From a virus (taxonomy: Duplodnaviria > Caudoviricetes), in the IMG/VR virus record IMGVR_UViG_3300033145_003423, positions 1 through 52,543 of that record: a stretch of DNA of 52,543 nt; one strand, given 5' to 3'. A program made the position numbers and the translations under genes. Shown here piece by piece: positions 30,384-38,807 of this stretch (its first letter is position 1; each line of letters begins with the position of its first letter). Under the pieces are notes generated by a model that had not been told where the DNA came from, did no database searches, and saw only the letters and a program-made list of their open reading frames with translations.

Positions 30384-30527
30384 CTATTTACCACTGTTTA
30401 AGCCTTTTCTGGCCCGTAAGTCTCCACCCTTAATAACTTTGGTGGTATCTTCATCTCTGCCGCCCTTGGCCGCTCCGTAAATAAATGAGCCTTTGTTCGG
30501 CATTGGTTTGCTTAGGTTCTTTTCCAT
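30384..30527 (-). CDS. 47-aa basic protein upstream of scaffold
   Basis: MEKNLSKPMPNKG...KGGDLR; RBS GGAGG. Confidence 0.5.
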   Translation of the reverse strand: MEKNLSKPMPNKGSFIYGAAKGGRDEDTTKVIKGGDLRARKGLNSGK

Positions 30528-30668
30528 GCGTCCACACCTCCCCTCAAATAGTGTCCGTGAGCGATTGCCGGCAAGTATCTCCGCCCAATAGGTAGTCAAG
30601 CCTTGCACTCGTTATGAGCGATATGTTAAACCCCAATCCGGGGCAATAAATAGGCAAAGTAATTCAGA

Positions 30669-30727
30669 AAAACAAAAAAGCGGTCCCATCCACAATTAAG
30701 TGGACAGGACCGCTAGGGTCGCTAGTG
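30669..30727 (-). terminator. Intrinsic terminator with upstream tandem CTAGCG boxes
   Basis: AGCGGTCCTGTCCAC/GTGGATGGGACCGCT stem followed by T-tract. Confidence 0.65.
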
Positions 30728-30730
30728 TTG

Positions 30731-31084
30731 TTATCTCATTTTGTTGCAATATACAATGTTTCTTGTCGGGATAAGAAACGATTCGCTTTCTTCCCAAGCA
30801 CCTTTATAGTAAAACAAAACATCGTGAAAACGCATTAATCCGTTTGAATCGCTCTCAGGTATTTGAGACCCATAAGCAGTTATTTCAAGCCCTTGAACAG
30901 ATGCTATTATCTCATAAACAGGATATTTAATCGGGCTTTTATGTCCATTGGAATCATTGTTTTCTTCATCCATATAAATTACTGTTCTGATGTTCTCTAT
31001 GTTAGATTCAAGCCCATAATGGTCAAGCCTACTCTTTAAAATATTCGTTTCGTCATGCCTCCTTTTGGTGAGCTTAAAATACAA
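30731..31084 (-). CDS. Hypothetical protein (start uncertain, possibly 30973)
   Basis: ORF track; weak RBS. Confidence 0.4.
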   Translation of the reverse strand: MYFKLTKRRHDETNILKSRLDHYGLESNIENIRTVIYMDEENNDSNGHKSPIKYPVYEIIASVQGLEITAYGSQIPESDSNGLMRFHDVLFYYKGAWEESESFLIPTRNIVYCNKMR

Positions 31085-31265
31085 TGAAATTTTTCTTTTT
31101 ACACCTCGGGCAAATCTTAATCACAACAAACTTTTCCTTGATTTCGGGCTTGGTCACAAAAATAGACGGCTCCCTGCCGTCCCTTACGTGCTGTTCAGTT
31201 GAATCTCGATTGCTCTCGAATAGCGTCCTACCACAATGTTTGCATTGATACCTAAATATTTGCAG
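31074..31265 (-). CDS. Com-like zinc-ribbon protein with apparent CTG start (not in ORF track)
   Basis: LQIFRYQCKHCGRTLFE...KICPRCKKKN; AAGGAG 9 nt upstream of CTG. Confidence 0.6.
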   Translation of the reverse strand: MQIFRYQCKHCGRTLFESNRDSTEQHVRDGREPSIFVTKPEIKEKFVVIKICPRCKKKNFIVF

Positions 31266-31294
31266 TTATGTCATCTCCTTTTTTTTGCGTGACA

Positions 31295-33322
31295 TTATTG
31301 TCCACTCACCATCGCCAACATCTTCTCCTGCATCTCAGGCGGTAAGCCTGCAAATTTCTCCTGAAGTTCAGGCGGCATTTTGTCAACCAATGAAGCCTCA
31401 CCTTCGCCACCACTTCCTTGCAATTGCTGTTGTTGCTGTTGTTTCTGCATCTCCATCTGTTCATCTCTCATAGCTTCCAACTTTTCCACCTCTTTTTCAA
31501 GGTCTGCAAGTATTCTTTCCAAATAAGGCATTCCAATCTTTTGCAGCAGTTTAAGATATGCTATGTTGCCCCGTGTCGGTTCAAATGCCTTCTGACTTGC
31601 CAATTGAACAATATTAGCCATTACCTCGCTCTTATTCTGCATAAAACCTGCCTGAGCCGATACGTTGATGTCAAGGTTGGGATAAACCATGTTACCATTA
31701 TCATCCCTTAATAACGCCAATCTTGAAAACACACCGTATTCAGATTGGTTATTATCTCCGCTTATCCTAAATGGCCTGTCATCATCGCAAAATGCCATAG
31801 CAAAATCTGCCACCATACGATACAGCTTTCTGAACGCTATTGATTTATATGCGCTGGCCAGATTCGTTTTATAGGTAGCCTGCTGCACGTATACCTGTGC
31901 TTGCTTCGCTGACTTAACTCCTGGGTCATGTATACCCATTACTGAGTTTGTAGCACCTGTTATCATTTGCATCATCGACCATAGGAATTCTATCCACTGT
32001 ATTCCATCAATGTTTGTGCCTATGTCTACCTCTTTTACATTACCCCTAACGAGGATTACTGATGAACCGGGGTCTGATATTTCTTTTACATCTTCTCCGT
32101 TTTCACAAAGTATTTTCTTTCTGCCTCGTAAAAACGATTCTTCCTGAATGTAAACCGCCTTTAATGCTGATTCATACAAGTCTTTAATATCATCAATCAT
32201 CGACGTGCCCCAACATGATAGGTCTTTGGGCAAGTACACCTGATAAACTATATCCCACCCTTTGGGTATGTAGTAATCTACTTTAATGCCTATTAAGATG
32301 CCTGCATCATCGTATATTTCATTTTTAGGTTCTCTGTTGACTTCCTCTATCGGCCTGAATCTAGGCTCACCTTTTTCATCCATTCCAGATCTTATCATAG
32401 TACCAACTTCAAGTATTTCAGTATCCACTGGCTCGTGGTTTTCATCTCTGTGCCAATAAAACTTAGGGATTTCTTCAAGAATTAAATCATTAGACCACCA
32501 CAGCTTACATATGTCTCCATCTTCATCCCTGTATGTAGTTTCGACAATGGACCATCGCGATAAGCCTGAATCGCTGCTGTTAGTGTTTTCAGTGCTTGAA
32601 TTACTAACCATACCGGTACTATCACTGATTTCATCGTATTCTTTGTATAACACCGCTTTCTCTTCCAAGTCGTCTCTCGTTATATGTGGCCATCTACGAA
32701 GTATGTATTTCTCGGTTTTGTTTAAAATGTGATGGTAATGTTCTAAATCTTTGTCCCAATCCAATGCCCCTGCATTAGGTATGATATGTAGGGGGTGTGG
32801 GTCACTTATTTCAATATTGCCCACATAAGAGCCGTATTGTATCGCATTGTTCCAATGCCCCTTGTAGAAACTCCCGCCAAATTTCTTAGCCCTGCGCTCG
32901 TTCCTGAGATTAATCTCTTCAAGGTCTGATGCGTTGCACACTGACTCGACATATTTACTCGTTAATTTGACTACCTGCTCATCATCTAATGCTACTGCAG
33001 ATAGGTCAGGTTTGGGTACGGATAGGTCGATGAGTGCTTCAATGGTAGTGCGAATAAAGTTTATAACAGTTCGGACTTCTCGGCTTTGATTGTAACCTGT
33101 ATCCTTTAAATTGCCGAATTCTTTTTTACCTTGATAGTATTGCTCATTAGAGTTTATGCTTTCATCTATGGGCTTTTTAGCACTTCGATCATTCGCAAAT
33201 TGTTTTTTCCATTTCTCGATCATTTCCTGTTGTTGTCTTTCTTCTTCTTCGGCCTGTTTTCGCTCTGCCATTTTCTTTCTCACCGCCTTTATTGGTTGCA
33301 TTATTTTATCTGTCAGGGACAA
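31295..33322 (-). CDS. Portal protein (P22-like)
   Basis: 675 aa; INFIR.xIE..I, QMITGA...MG...SA motifs; position after TerL. Confidence 0.85.
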   Translation of the reverse strand: MSLTDKIMQPIKAVRKKMAERKQAEEEERQQQEMIEKWKKQFANDRSAKKPIDESINSNEQYYQGKKEFGNLKDTGYNQSREVRTVINFIRTTIEALIDLSVPKPDLSAVALDDEQVVKLTSKYVESVCNASDLEEINLRNERRAKKFGGSFYKGHWNNAIQYGSYVGNIEISDPHPLHIIPNAGALDWDKDLEHYHHILNKTEKYILRRWPHITRDDLEEKAVLYKEYDEISDSTGMVSNSSTENTNSSDSGLSRWSIVETTYRDEDGDICKLWWSNDLILEEIPKFYWHRDENHEPVDTEILEVGTMIRSGMDEKGEPRFRPIEEVNREPKNEIYDDAGILIGIKVDYYIPKGWDIVYQVYLPKDLSCWGTSMIDDIKDLYESALKAVYIQEESFLRGRKKILCENGEDVKEISDPGSSVILVRGNVKEVDIGTNIDGIQWIEFLWSMMQMITGATNSVMGIHDPGVKSAKQAQVYVQQATYKTNLASAYKSIAFRKLYRMVADFAMAFCDDDRPFRISGDNNQSEYGVFSRLALLRDDNGNMVYPNLDINVSAQAGFMQNKSEVMANIVQLASQKAFEPTRGNIAYLKLLQKIGMPYLERILADLEKEVEKLEAMRDEQMEMQKQQQQQQLQGSGGEGEASLVDKMPPELQEKFAGLPPEMQEKMLAMVSGQ

Positions 33323-33399
33323 TTCGCATCACCACCCTTAAAAATTAGCGTTAAAAATCCCGTCAACTACTCGATAATCTCGAATAGTTGCGGGTTGAT

Positions 33400-33675
33400 T
33401 TACAAGATATCTAAGCTTTTGCGCAATGCGTCGTTTATTGATGTTGCGGTATTTCTCAACTCAAGCATTTTTTCCAATATACCTGCCTCTTCAGGAGGAA
33501 CAAATTCGCTTTCTCCACAACAAGGCGTGGGTCCTTCAAAAACAACACTCAAGACATTTGTTTTCATTTTCACATCTTCGAGTATCCCTGCAGTAGCTTT
33601 TATTATTTCTCGTAAAGTCTCTTGTTTTCCCTGTATCCCTGCTTTACATGTTTCGTAATTTGTTACACTATTCAT
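33400..33675 (-). CDS. Hypothetical protein
   Basis: ATG at 33675 after AGGAGG. Confidence 0.45.
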   Translation of the reverse strand: MNSVTNYETCKAGIQGKQETLREIIKATAGILEDVKMKTNVLSVVFEGPTPCCGESEFVPPEEAGILEKMLELRNTATSINDALRKSLDIL

Positions 33676-33944
33676 TAATATTCCTCCTTGTTTTTCATGT
33701 TCTTCGTTATGAGTGAATCGCCGCAAACAATAAGTGCCACAAAGTCAGCAAACATGACCGCTTCGTCAATAGTCATTTCAACAAGCGGTTTCTCTCCTTT
33801 CGATTTGAACATCTGAAAAGTCTTTTTGGCTCTCAGATATATTGCGCTCGGACCTTCACCCATTTCCGCGTATTGAGCGTTTTTGATGTTTTCCTCAATC
33901 AATGTTCCTATTCCGGCGCAACAATGTTCGCCTGCAAATTCCAT
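33675..33944 (-). CDS. Hypothetical protein
   Basis: RBS AGGAGG. Confidence 0.5.
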   Translation of the reverse strand: MEFAGEHCCAGIGTLIEENIKNAQYAEMGEGPSAIYLRAKKTFQMFKSKGEKPLVEMTIDEAVMFADFVALIVCGDSLITKNMKNKEEY

Positions 33945-33972
33945 CGGTTTCCCTCCTTTACCACCTAAGTGG

Positions 33973-34233
33973 TTAATCTTCGTCTATATACCTTTCTGGG
34001 TTTTCTCTTATCATTTGGTCTATGATGTCACACTGAATGTGCCCGCATAATTCCTGCCTAAGTCCAAAATCACATTTGTGGTATCCAGTAACCACATATC
34101 CATCTTTGCTCCTACCGGCAATTAGAACGGATTCTACCTTTTCATCTTCTAGCACTTTGATTGAGTCATTAAGAAAATCAGTGGCGCTATCAAACTTAGG
34201 CCTGTTGTCCGGAAAATGTATTATCTTGGCCAT
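33973..34233 (-). CDS. Hypothetical protein, paralog of 37397-37633
   Basis: VESVLIAGRSKDGYVVTG. Confidence 0.55.
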   Translation of the reverse strand: MAKIIHFPDNRPKFDSATDFLNDSIKVLEDEKVESVLIAGRSKDGYVVTGYHKCDFGLRQELCGHIQCDIIDQMIRENPERYIDED

Positions 34234-34245
34234 AACTCCCTCCTT

Positions 34246-34521
34246 CTACCATCCAAACATGCTATTCTTCCTTCCCTGCATCTTCTTGTAAACTTCTTCA
34301 AACTGTACGTTGGTTCTAATCCTCTCCTTGTCAACTTCGCTTGTGCCTTTTGGGAATACTAGCTTTGAGTCGATTGATGACTCTGGGTGCCGGGACATGC
34401 AGAAATAACGGCAATTATGTACAATCAAACCACCGCAAATACTGAAGTTATGATAGCCGCCTACCGTTAAATCGTAAGTATCTGCTTTTCCTGCATATCT
34501 AACAGTTTTAACTTTAGCCAT
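34246..34521 (-). CDS. terL: Split intein C-half (36 aa) plus terminase large subunit C-extein
   Basis: Block F TYDLTV..YHNF, block G LIVHN, then +1 Cys in CRYFCMSR. Confidence 0.9.
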   Translation of the reverse strand: MAKVKTVRYAGKADTYDLTVGGYHNFSICGGLIVHNCRYFCMSRHPESSIDSKLVFPKGTSEVDKERIRTNVQFEEVYKKMQGRKNSMFGW

Positions 34522-35155
34522 AAGCCATTACCTTTCTCGGCCTCTGCTTTTTGCCCTTTCGGTTTAAAGCACTAGATATTGCCCCACATTCCTTAGAACA
34601 CGTTTTTGTCTTTCCGTATTTATTGGTTACAAATTCCTCCCCGCAAACAGCACATGTTCTTGTTTCATTATCAACTCCACTTTTGCGCCTAGCTTTTGAC
34701 TTACAATTACTAGAGCAAAACTTAGAACCCCAAGACGCAAACACACTTATTTCGTATTCTTTTCCACAACATCCGCATGTTTTAGTTACCATTTTATCCA
34801 TATACAGACCAAGGGAACCTGGCCAATTCTTTTTAGCAAACTCCCTTGCTTCTTCGCTTTTATGCCATTCTGCAGCTAGTTTCCTTCCCTCCACCCCTAC
34901 TTCGAGCAAGAGCTTTATTCTTTCGGGATTTTTGCCGTGTTTGCTTAAATGCTCACTACCGGGTAACGATTCGTAATTGCTTAACTCGTTGTTATCTTTG
35001 TTTTCGTCTTTATGGTGAATATGATGGCCTTCGGGAATGGGACCCATTTCTTTTTCCCACTTATACCTGTGTAATCTGTGTCCATCGCGACTACTGTAAT
35101 ATCCACTAGCACACCTGTAAAACTTTGTATCATCATAAACAATAATCTGTGACAC
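34514..35155 (-). CDS. Free-standing HNH homing endonuclease
   Basis: LHR..WE...GPIPEG..IHHKDENKDNN...N; C-terminal CxxCG...CSxxC repeats. Confidence 0.9.
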   Translation of the reverse strand: MSQIIVYDDTKFYRCASGYYSSRDGHRLHRYKWEKEMGPIPEGHHIHHKDENKDNNELSNYESLPGSEHLSKHGKNPERIKLLLEVGVEGRKLAAEWHKSEEAREFAKKNWPGSLGLYMDKMVTKTCGCCGKEYEISVFASWGSKFCSSNCKSKARRKSGVDNETRTCAVCGEEFVTNKYGKTKTCSKECGAISSALNRKGKKQRPRKVMAYG

Positions 35156-36630
35156 TAAGCTCCCCCCTTTAAACCAATATCAACAATGTCATCCTCAGAA
35201 GTAAGGCGTTGAATTTCCTTCCACCCATTTTGAGTTAGCACTTTGTGGTCTGCCGTTCCTTTGAATTTTCTTCCATCTTCCAATTCAACCTCATATATAT
35301 CTGTATCTGGGCGGGCAAGATGAATATTAAAAAACTCCCCAATAACAGGAGAGTTTTTTTGTTGGTCGTAGCAATGCAAATAACCTCGCTGTCCAACTAA
35401 ATCTTTAATTGAAATACCGCCTTCGGTTGTATCTACAATCGTATCACCGGTTAAACAGCTTTCATTTATGTGCGACACAATGTGCGGCTTATCTGCTGCA
35501 TCCTCTGGATTGTGTTCGTCATGCTGTAACATTGGCAAGTATTTAATAAAGTTTTTGCAAGTGCTGAATATCTGCATCCTTGCGGTTTTACTTACATTGC
35601 CTTCTTCATCTTTTATCTCGAAGGGTTCTAAGTACTCCCTCATTACTCGCCAACCTTGAATACGCTTGTGATTAGCTTTGACAAGCCCTTTAAGCCCTGC
35701 CCGACTCATTATCTCAATGCCAGAGGCGCCCGTTTCTTGGCGTCTGCTCCAAAGGTCGGGGGAAGCGGTTGTATAAGAAATATATTCATCATCAGGCGTC
35801 ATATCAACTATCTTCTCTGCCGCTTTGGTGAGGTTTAGATTGGGTTCGTGTAACTCCCTATAAGCGAATACCTGCCCATTGTTAGCCACCGCCCACCATA
35901 TGCAAGCTGTCATATCTAGGCCGTAATCAAGCGATCTGATTCGCTTCCAGTAGGGGGGTATTTCAAAGGGAGCGACTACGTGTATTTCCGGCTTGAATTC
36001 TCTGAAGAACATTCCCGCAAATGTATTCCAATTACCGTTTAAGTAAGCCTCTCGTAAATCTTCGGGCAAACTTTTTAGTTCGTTTAAGTATTCTGGATTG
36101 CGTTTCATAACCACCGTATTGTCGTAAATTTTGGCAGGAATAAAAACATAATCATCTGGGTTTTCACCTTCTCTGAACTCTCTGTCTATAAAAATTCTCT
36201 TAAACCACTCATGTCCCACTCCCCCCGGATTGGCTGTATAATATCTTCTCGGCCTAAAGGGAACTTTAATAGTCTCAGAAGTACGACAGCATAGTCTAAT
36301 CTGGTTCCACTGAAACTCCGTAAAGTTGGTAGCTTCCTCAAAGCAAACACAGTCATAACTTTGTCCCTGATATTGAATTGTATCTGCATCAGTATCGCAG
36401 TATCCTAATTTAAGCCTTGCGTTTCTCGGAAACATGAAAGATTTCATATCAGCATTGTATTTCGCAACACCACTTAATTCTGCCAATAATGGAATTAAAT
36501 GGTTTTCTTTTAATTCAGGTAATGTACGTCTTAGTAACAATATTTGAATGCCGGGGTACTTGAGGCACAGCATCACACATTTACGCCTTACAGCCCATGA
36601 TTTTCCACCGTCAATATCTGGCACCACCAT
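35155..36630 (-). CDS. terL: Terminase large subunit main fragment ending in a 100-aa split intein N-half (35457-35158)
   Basis: GGKSW, Walker B FEEA, TANPGG.GH, nuclease DYG; then CLTGDT (block A) and GTADH (block B). Confidence 0.9.
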   Translation of the reverse strand: MVVPDIDGGKSWAVRRKCVMLCLKYPGIQILLLRRTLPELKENHLIPLLAELSGVAKYNADMKSFMFPRNARLKLGYCDTDADTIQYQGQSYDCVCFEEATNFTEFQWNQIRLCCRTSETIKVPFRPRRYYTANPGGVGHEWFKRIFIDREFREGENPDDYVFIPAKIYDNTVVMKRNPEYLNELKSLPEDLREAYLNGNWNTFAGMFFREFKPEIHVVAPFEIPPYWKRIRSLDYGLDMTACIWWAVANNGQVFAYRELHEPNLNLTKAAEKIVDMTPDDEYISYTTASPDLWSRRQETGASGIEIMSRAGLKGLVKANHKRIQGWRVMREYLEPFEIKDEEGNVSKTARMQIFSTCKNFIKYLPMLQHDEHNPEDAADKPHIVSHINESCLTGDTIVDTTEGGISIKDLVGQRGYLHCYDQQKNSPVIGEFFNIHLARPDTDIYEVELEDGRKFKGTADHKVLTQNGWKEIQRLTSEDDIVDIGLKGGA

Positions 36631-36733
36631 AAGCTATATGCGCTTCCCTTGCTAAGAAAAATTCTTTTTGTTTTTCATTGGGAGTACCTTTTAAGACTAA
36701 TTGTTTGGACTTTTTTTTACTTGCGGTTGCCAT
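36611..36733 (-). CDS. terL: Terminase large subunit N-terminal 40 aa, out of frame with the rest
   Basis: MATASKKKSKQLVLKGTPNEKQKEFFLAREAHIAYGGARY*; P..KQ..F motif and YGGAR half of Walker A; RBS AAGGGGGTG. Confidence 0.8.
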   Translation of the reverse strand: MATASKKKSKQLVLKGTPNEKQKEFFLAREAHIAYGGARY

Positions 36734-36786
36734 GAATCATATCACCCCCTTTTCGGACATAAAAAAGAGCCTTTATTCAAGACTCT

Positions 36787-37386
36787 TTATATAGAAAAAT
36801 AATATTGATACAATGCGCTTAATCTTGGCAGGCAAGTATAGTAAAGCCGTGGCTTAAAATCTTTTATAGTCGAACAATTACAAGTTTTTATATGCTCAAC
36901 CTGAAATATCGCAAACAACTCAATATCATCTATGCCAATTACATCAAAACGTTGTCCAGCAAACTTGAAAACATCGTTATCCGCATCACCAATAAAACCA
37001 AGCTGTAAAATAGAACCATTGGGAAAAATAAGCCTGTCGGAACTAGATGTGTGTGTGCAAATATCACCCAATTCCTCGATTAAACGCGATCTATTTTCCA
37101 TGTGTCCTATTACGCCTTTCTTGATCAACAGTAATATATTTAGTCCCGGATATTTCAACGCCATAAGGATTAGCTTTCTTCTTAAAGCCCATGATTTGCC
37201 TGTACCCGCATCACCGCTAAAACAAACAGGGCTCCCTTTCGCAAGGAAAAATTGCTCTTGATCGTGCGTAGGCTTACCCTTTAAGACCAACTCTTTCTTT
37301 GTTTTCTTTTTCCTCTCAATACATGCATGAAGATATTCGGCTTGACTTGCTGTAAATGGAGCCATCTCATCAAACCACATAATCAT
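36787..37386 (-). CDS. Truncated terminase ATPase-domain paralog
   Basis: LVLKGKP..Q..FFLA, GDAGTGKSWALRRK, KYPGLNILLL, FPNGS.L.LG, F.PR.YYT collinear with TerL N-half. Confidence 0.8.
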   Translation of the reverse strand: MIMWFDEMAPFTASQAEYLHACIERKKKTKKELVLKGKPTHDQEQFFLAKGSPVCFSGDAGTGKSWALRRKLILMALKYPGLNILLLIKKGVIGHMENRSRLIEELGDICTHTSSSDRLIFPNGSILQLGFIGDADNDVFKFAGQRFDVIGIDDIELFAIFQVEHIKTCNCSTIKDFKPRLYYTCLPRLSALYQYYFSI

Positions 37387-37396
37387 AAAACCCCTC

Positions 37397-37633
37397 CTAT
37401 TCCTCTAGCGCGTCCTGTAGCGCATCTCGTTTTATAACATCGCTCGCTCCACATACTTGAAGAGTATCTAAACCGCTTCCGCCCGGCAACACGCGACCAT
37501 CTTTTGTCACTATTGCGTAAATCACTCCTTCAACATTGCCCGAAACAACCCACTTGTTGATTGTGTCGACAACAACTTCAAGAGTTATATCGCCATTATT
37601 CCGATCACGCAAAGCCTTTATATTTCTTATCAA
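37397..37633 (-). CDS. Hypothetical protein, paralog of 33973-34233
   Basis: VEGVIYAIVTKDGRVLPG; TTG start after AGGAGG. Confidence 0.5.
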   Translation of the reverse strand: MIRNIKALRDRNNGDITLEVVVDTINKWVVSGNVEGVIYAIVTKDGRVLPGGSGLDTLQVCGASDVIKRDALQDALEE

Positions 37634-37790
37634 TGCAAAGCACCTCCTCATTCCTCCCTCGTGAAACATCAGCAGGTAAAGCGCGGGGAAAGAAGGAGGG
37701 AAGATCCCCACGCTTTTTGAATAACCCACTGAAACTTGATTACCACGAAAAAACCACTCCCTGAGGAATGGCCTTTTCTATAGCTTAATA

Positions 37791-37864
37791 TGGTTAGAGA
37801 GGCAGGACTCGAACCTGCATTGACGGAATCAAAATCCGTTGTCCTGCCTTTGAACGACTCTCCA
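37791..37864 (-). tRNA. tRNA-Gln(TTG)
   Basis: Cloverleaf: acceptor TGGAGAG/CTCTCTA, anticodon arm ACGGA-TTTTGAT-TCCGT, GCAGG-TTCGAGT-CCTGC, encoded CCA. Confidence 0.93.
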
Positions 37865-37870
37865 TTATTG

Positions 37871-38018
37871 TGTGAGTGGGCAGGGGACTTCCACCCCTGC
37901 ATGGTGATTCTCGCGGTATCTCGTTTAATGCCCGATATTGCTGGTGCTTCAGCACTCTATCACCGAGAGCCATTAGCTACACCGCTACTATGCGTCTATC
38001 TTCCGGCCACCACTCACA
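37871..38018 (-). ncRNA. tRNA-like RNA with long extended arm
   Basis: Terminal stem TGTGAGTGG/CCACTCACA, Leu-like D region, T-like arm GCAGGGG-TGGAAGT-CCCCTGC, long internal hairpin. Confidence 0.6.
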
Positions 38019-38445
38019 AATATTTAAAGCCCCGAATGGCTTGATCGCATAAAGTCTCTTTTGTCAGCTTTTGTATAACCTCGTCTATATCTGTTCCTAA
38101 TTCATAATCATCATGTAAGTAGCCGGTTACAAATCTGGTGTCCATATCCCTTAAATCATTTAATTTAGTTCTATTTCTAATTGTATACGGTACGATGCTA
38201 TCTGGTTCTACTACGCATTCTTCCCAGCGCTGACAGCCGTAATTGCTTGTGTTAACTTGATATTTAATGTAATAAGTCCATTGATTTTCTTGTGAATACC
38301 AAGGCTTATCAACAAAAATATAGCCAACATGGTATTTATCGTCTAGTACACTTTTTGCTATCCATTGATAATCGTCATGCTTGTCAAAATCTTCAGCACT
38401 TCTTATTACTATTGCTTCTGAGCATCTTCTATTTTTAAAAGACAT
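38014..38445 (-). CDS. Hypothetical protein, weakly YopX-like
   Basis: AKSxxDxxYxVGY...VEPDSIxxYT. Confidence 0.45.
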   Translation of the reverse strand: MSFKNRRCSEAIVIRSAEDFDKHDDYQWIAKSVLDDKYHVGYIFVDKPWYSQENQWTYYIKYQVNTSNYGCQRWEECVVEPDSIVPYTIRNRTKLNDLRDMDTRFVTGYLHDDYELGTDIDEVIQKLTKETLCDQAIRGFKYL

Positions 38446-38807
38446 TTTATTCCTCCTGTTCAAAAAGTCCCGAAGGGCTTAGTCACATAAAGTCTTTGTC
38501 TCCACAATCAGGTGTAGGTTTCATCAGGCATCACTACCTCTAAAACGGCAAATCAACAAACCACCATCTCTTGTAAAACCAATCGCCGCAACCTCGCACC
38601 ATCAACCTCTTATCCCGGAACATCGGGGTTATCATTACCGTTATCTTGTTATTCCTGCGCTTTACCCGGCTTGCAGTGATGTCTAAGCACCTGCCCGGCC
38701 AGTATGGTATGCTCACAGGTATTCACCTTCTATCATGTCTACCGCATCGCTAATACCGTCTAATACCTGTATTGCCTCTGTATTAGTGAGGCCGATTATT
38801 ATTATGT

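Noticed and set aside
31290-31303. GGACAATAATGTCA at portal 3' end resembling the RepL-associated boxes
   Set aside because: Single copy overlapping a stop codon; could be chance.
37740-37790. Ribozyme downstream of tRNA-Gln
   Set aside because: Only a simple terminator hairpin with T-tract is visible.
38500-38540. CTGATGA hammerhead-like core on the minus strand
   Set aside because: No stem II followed by GAAA or matching stems found.
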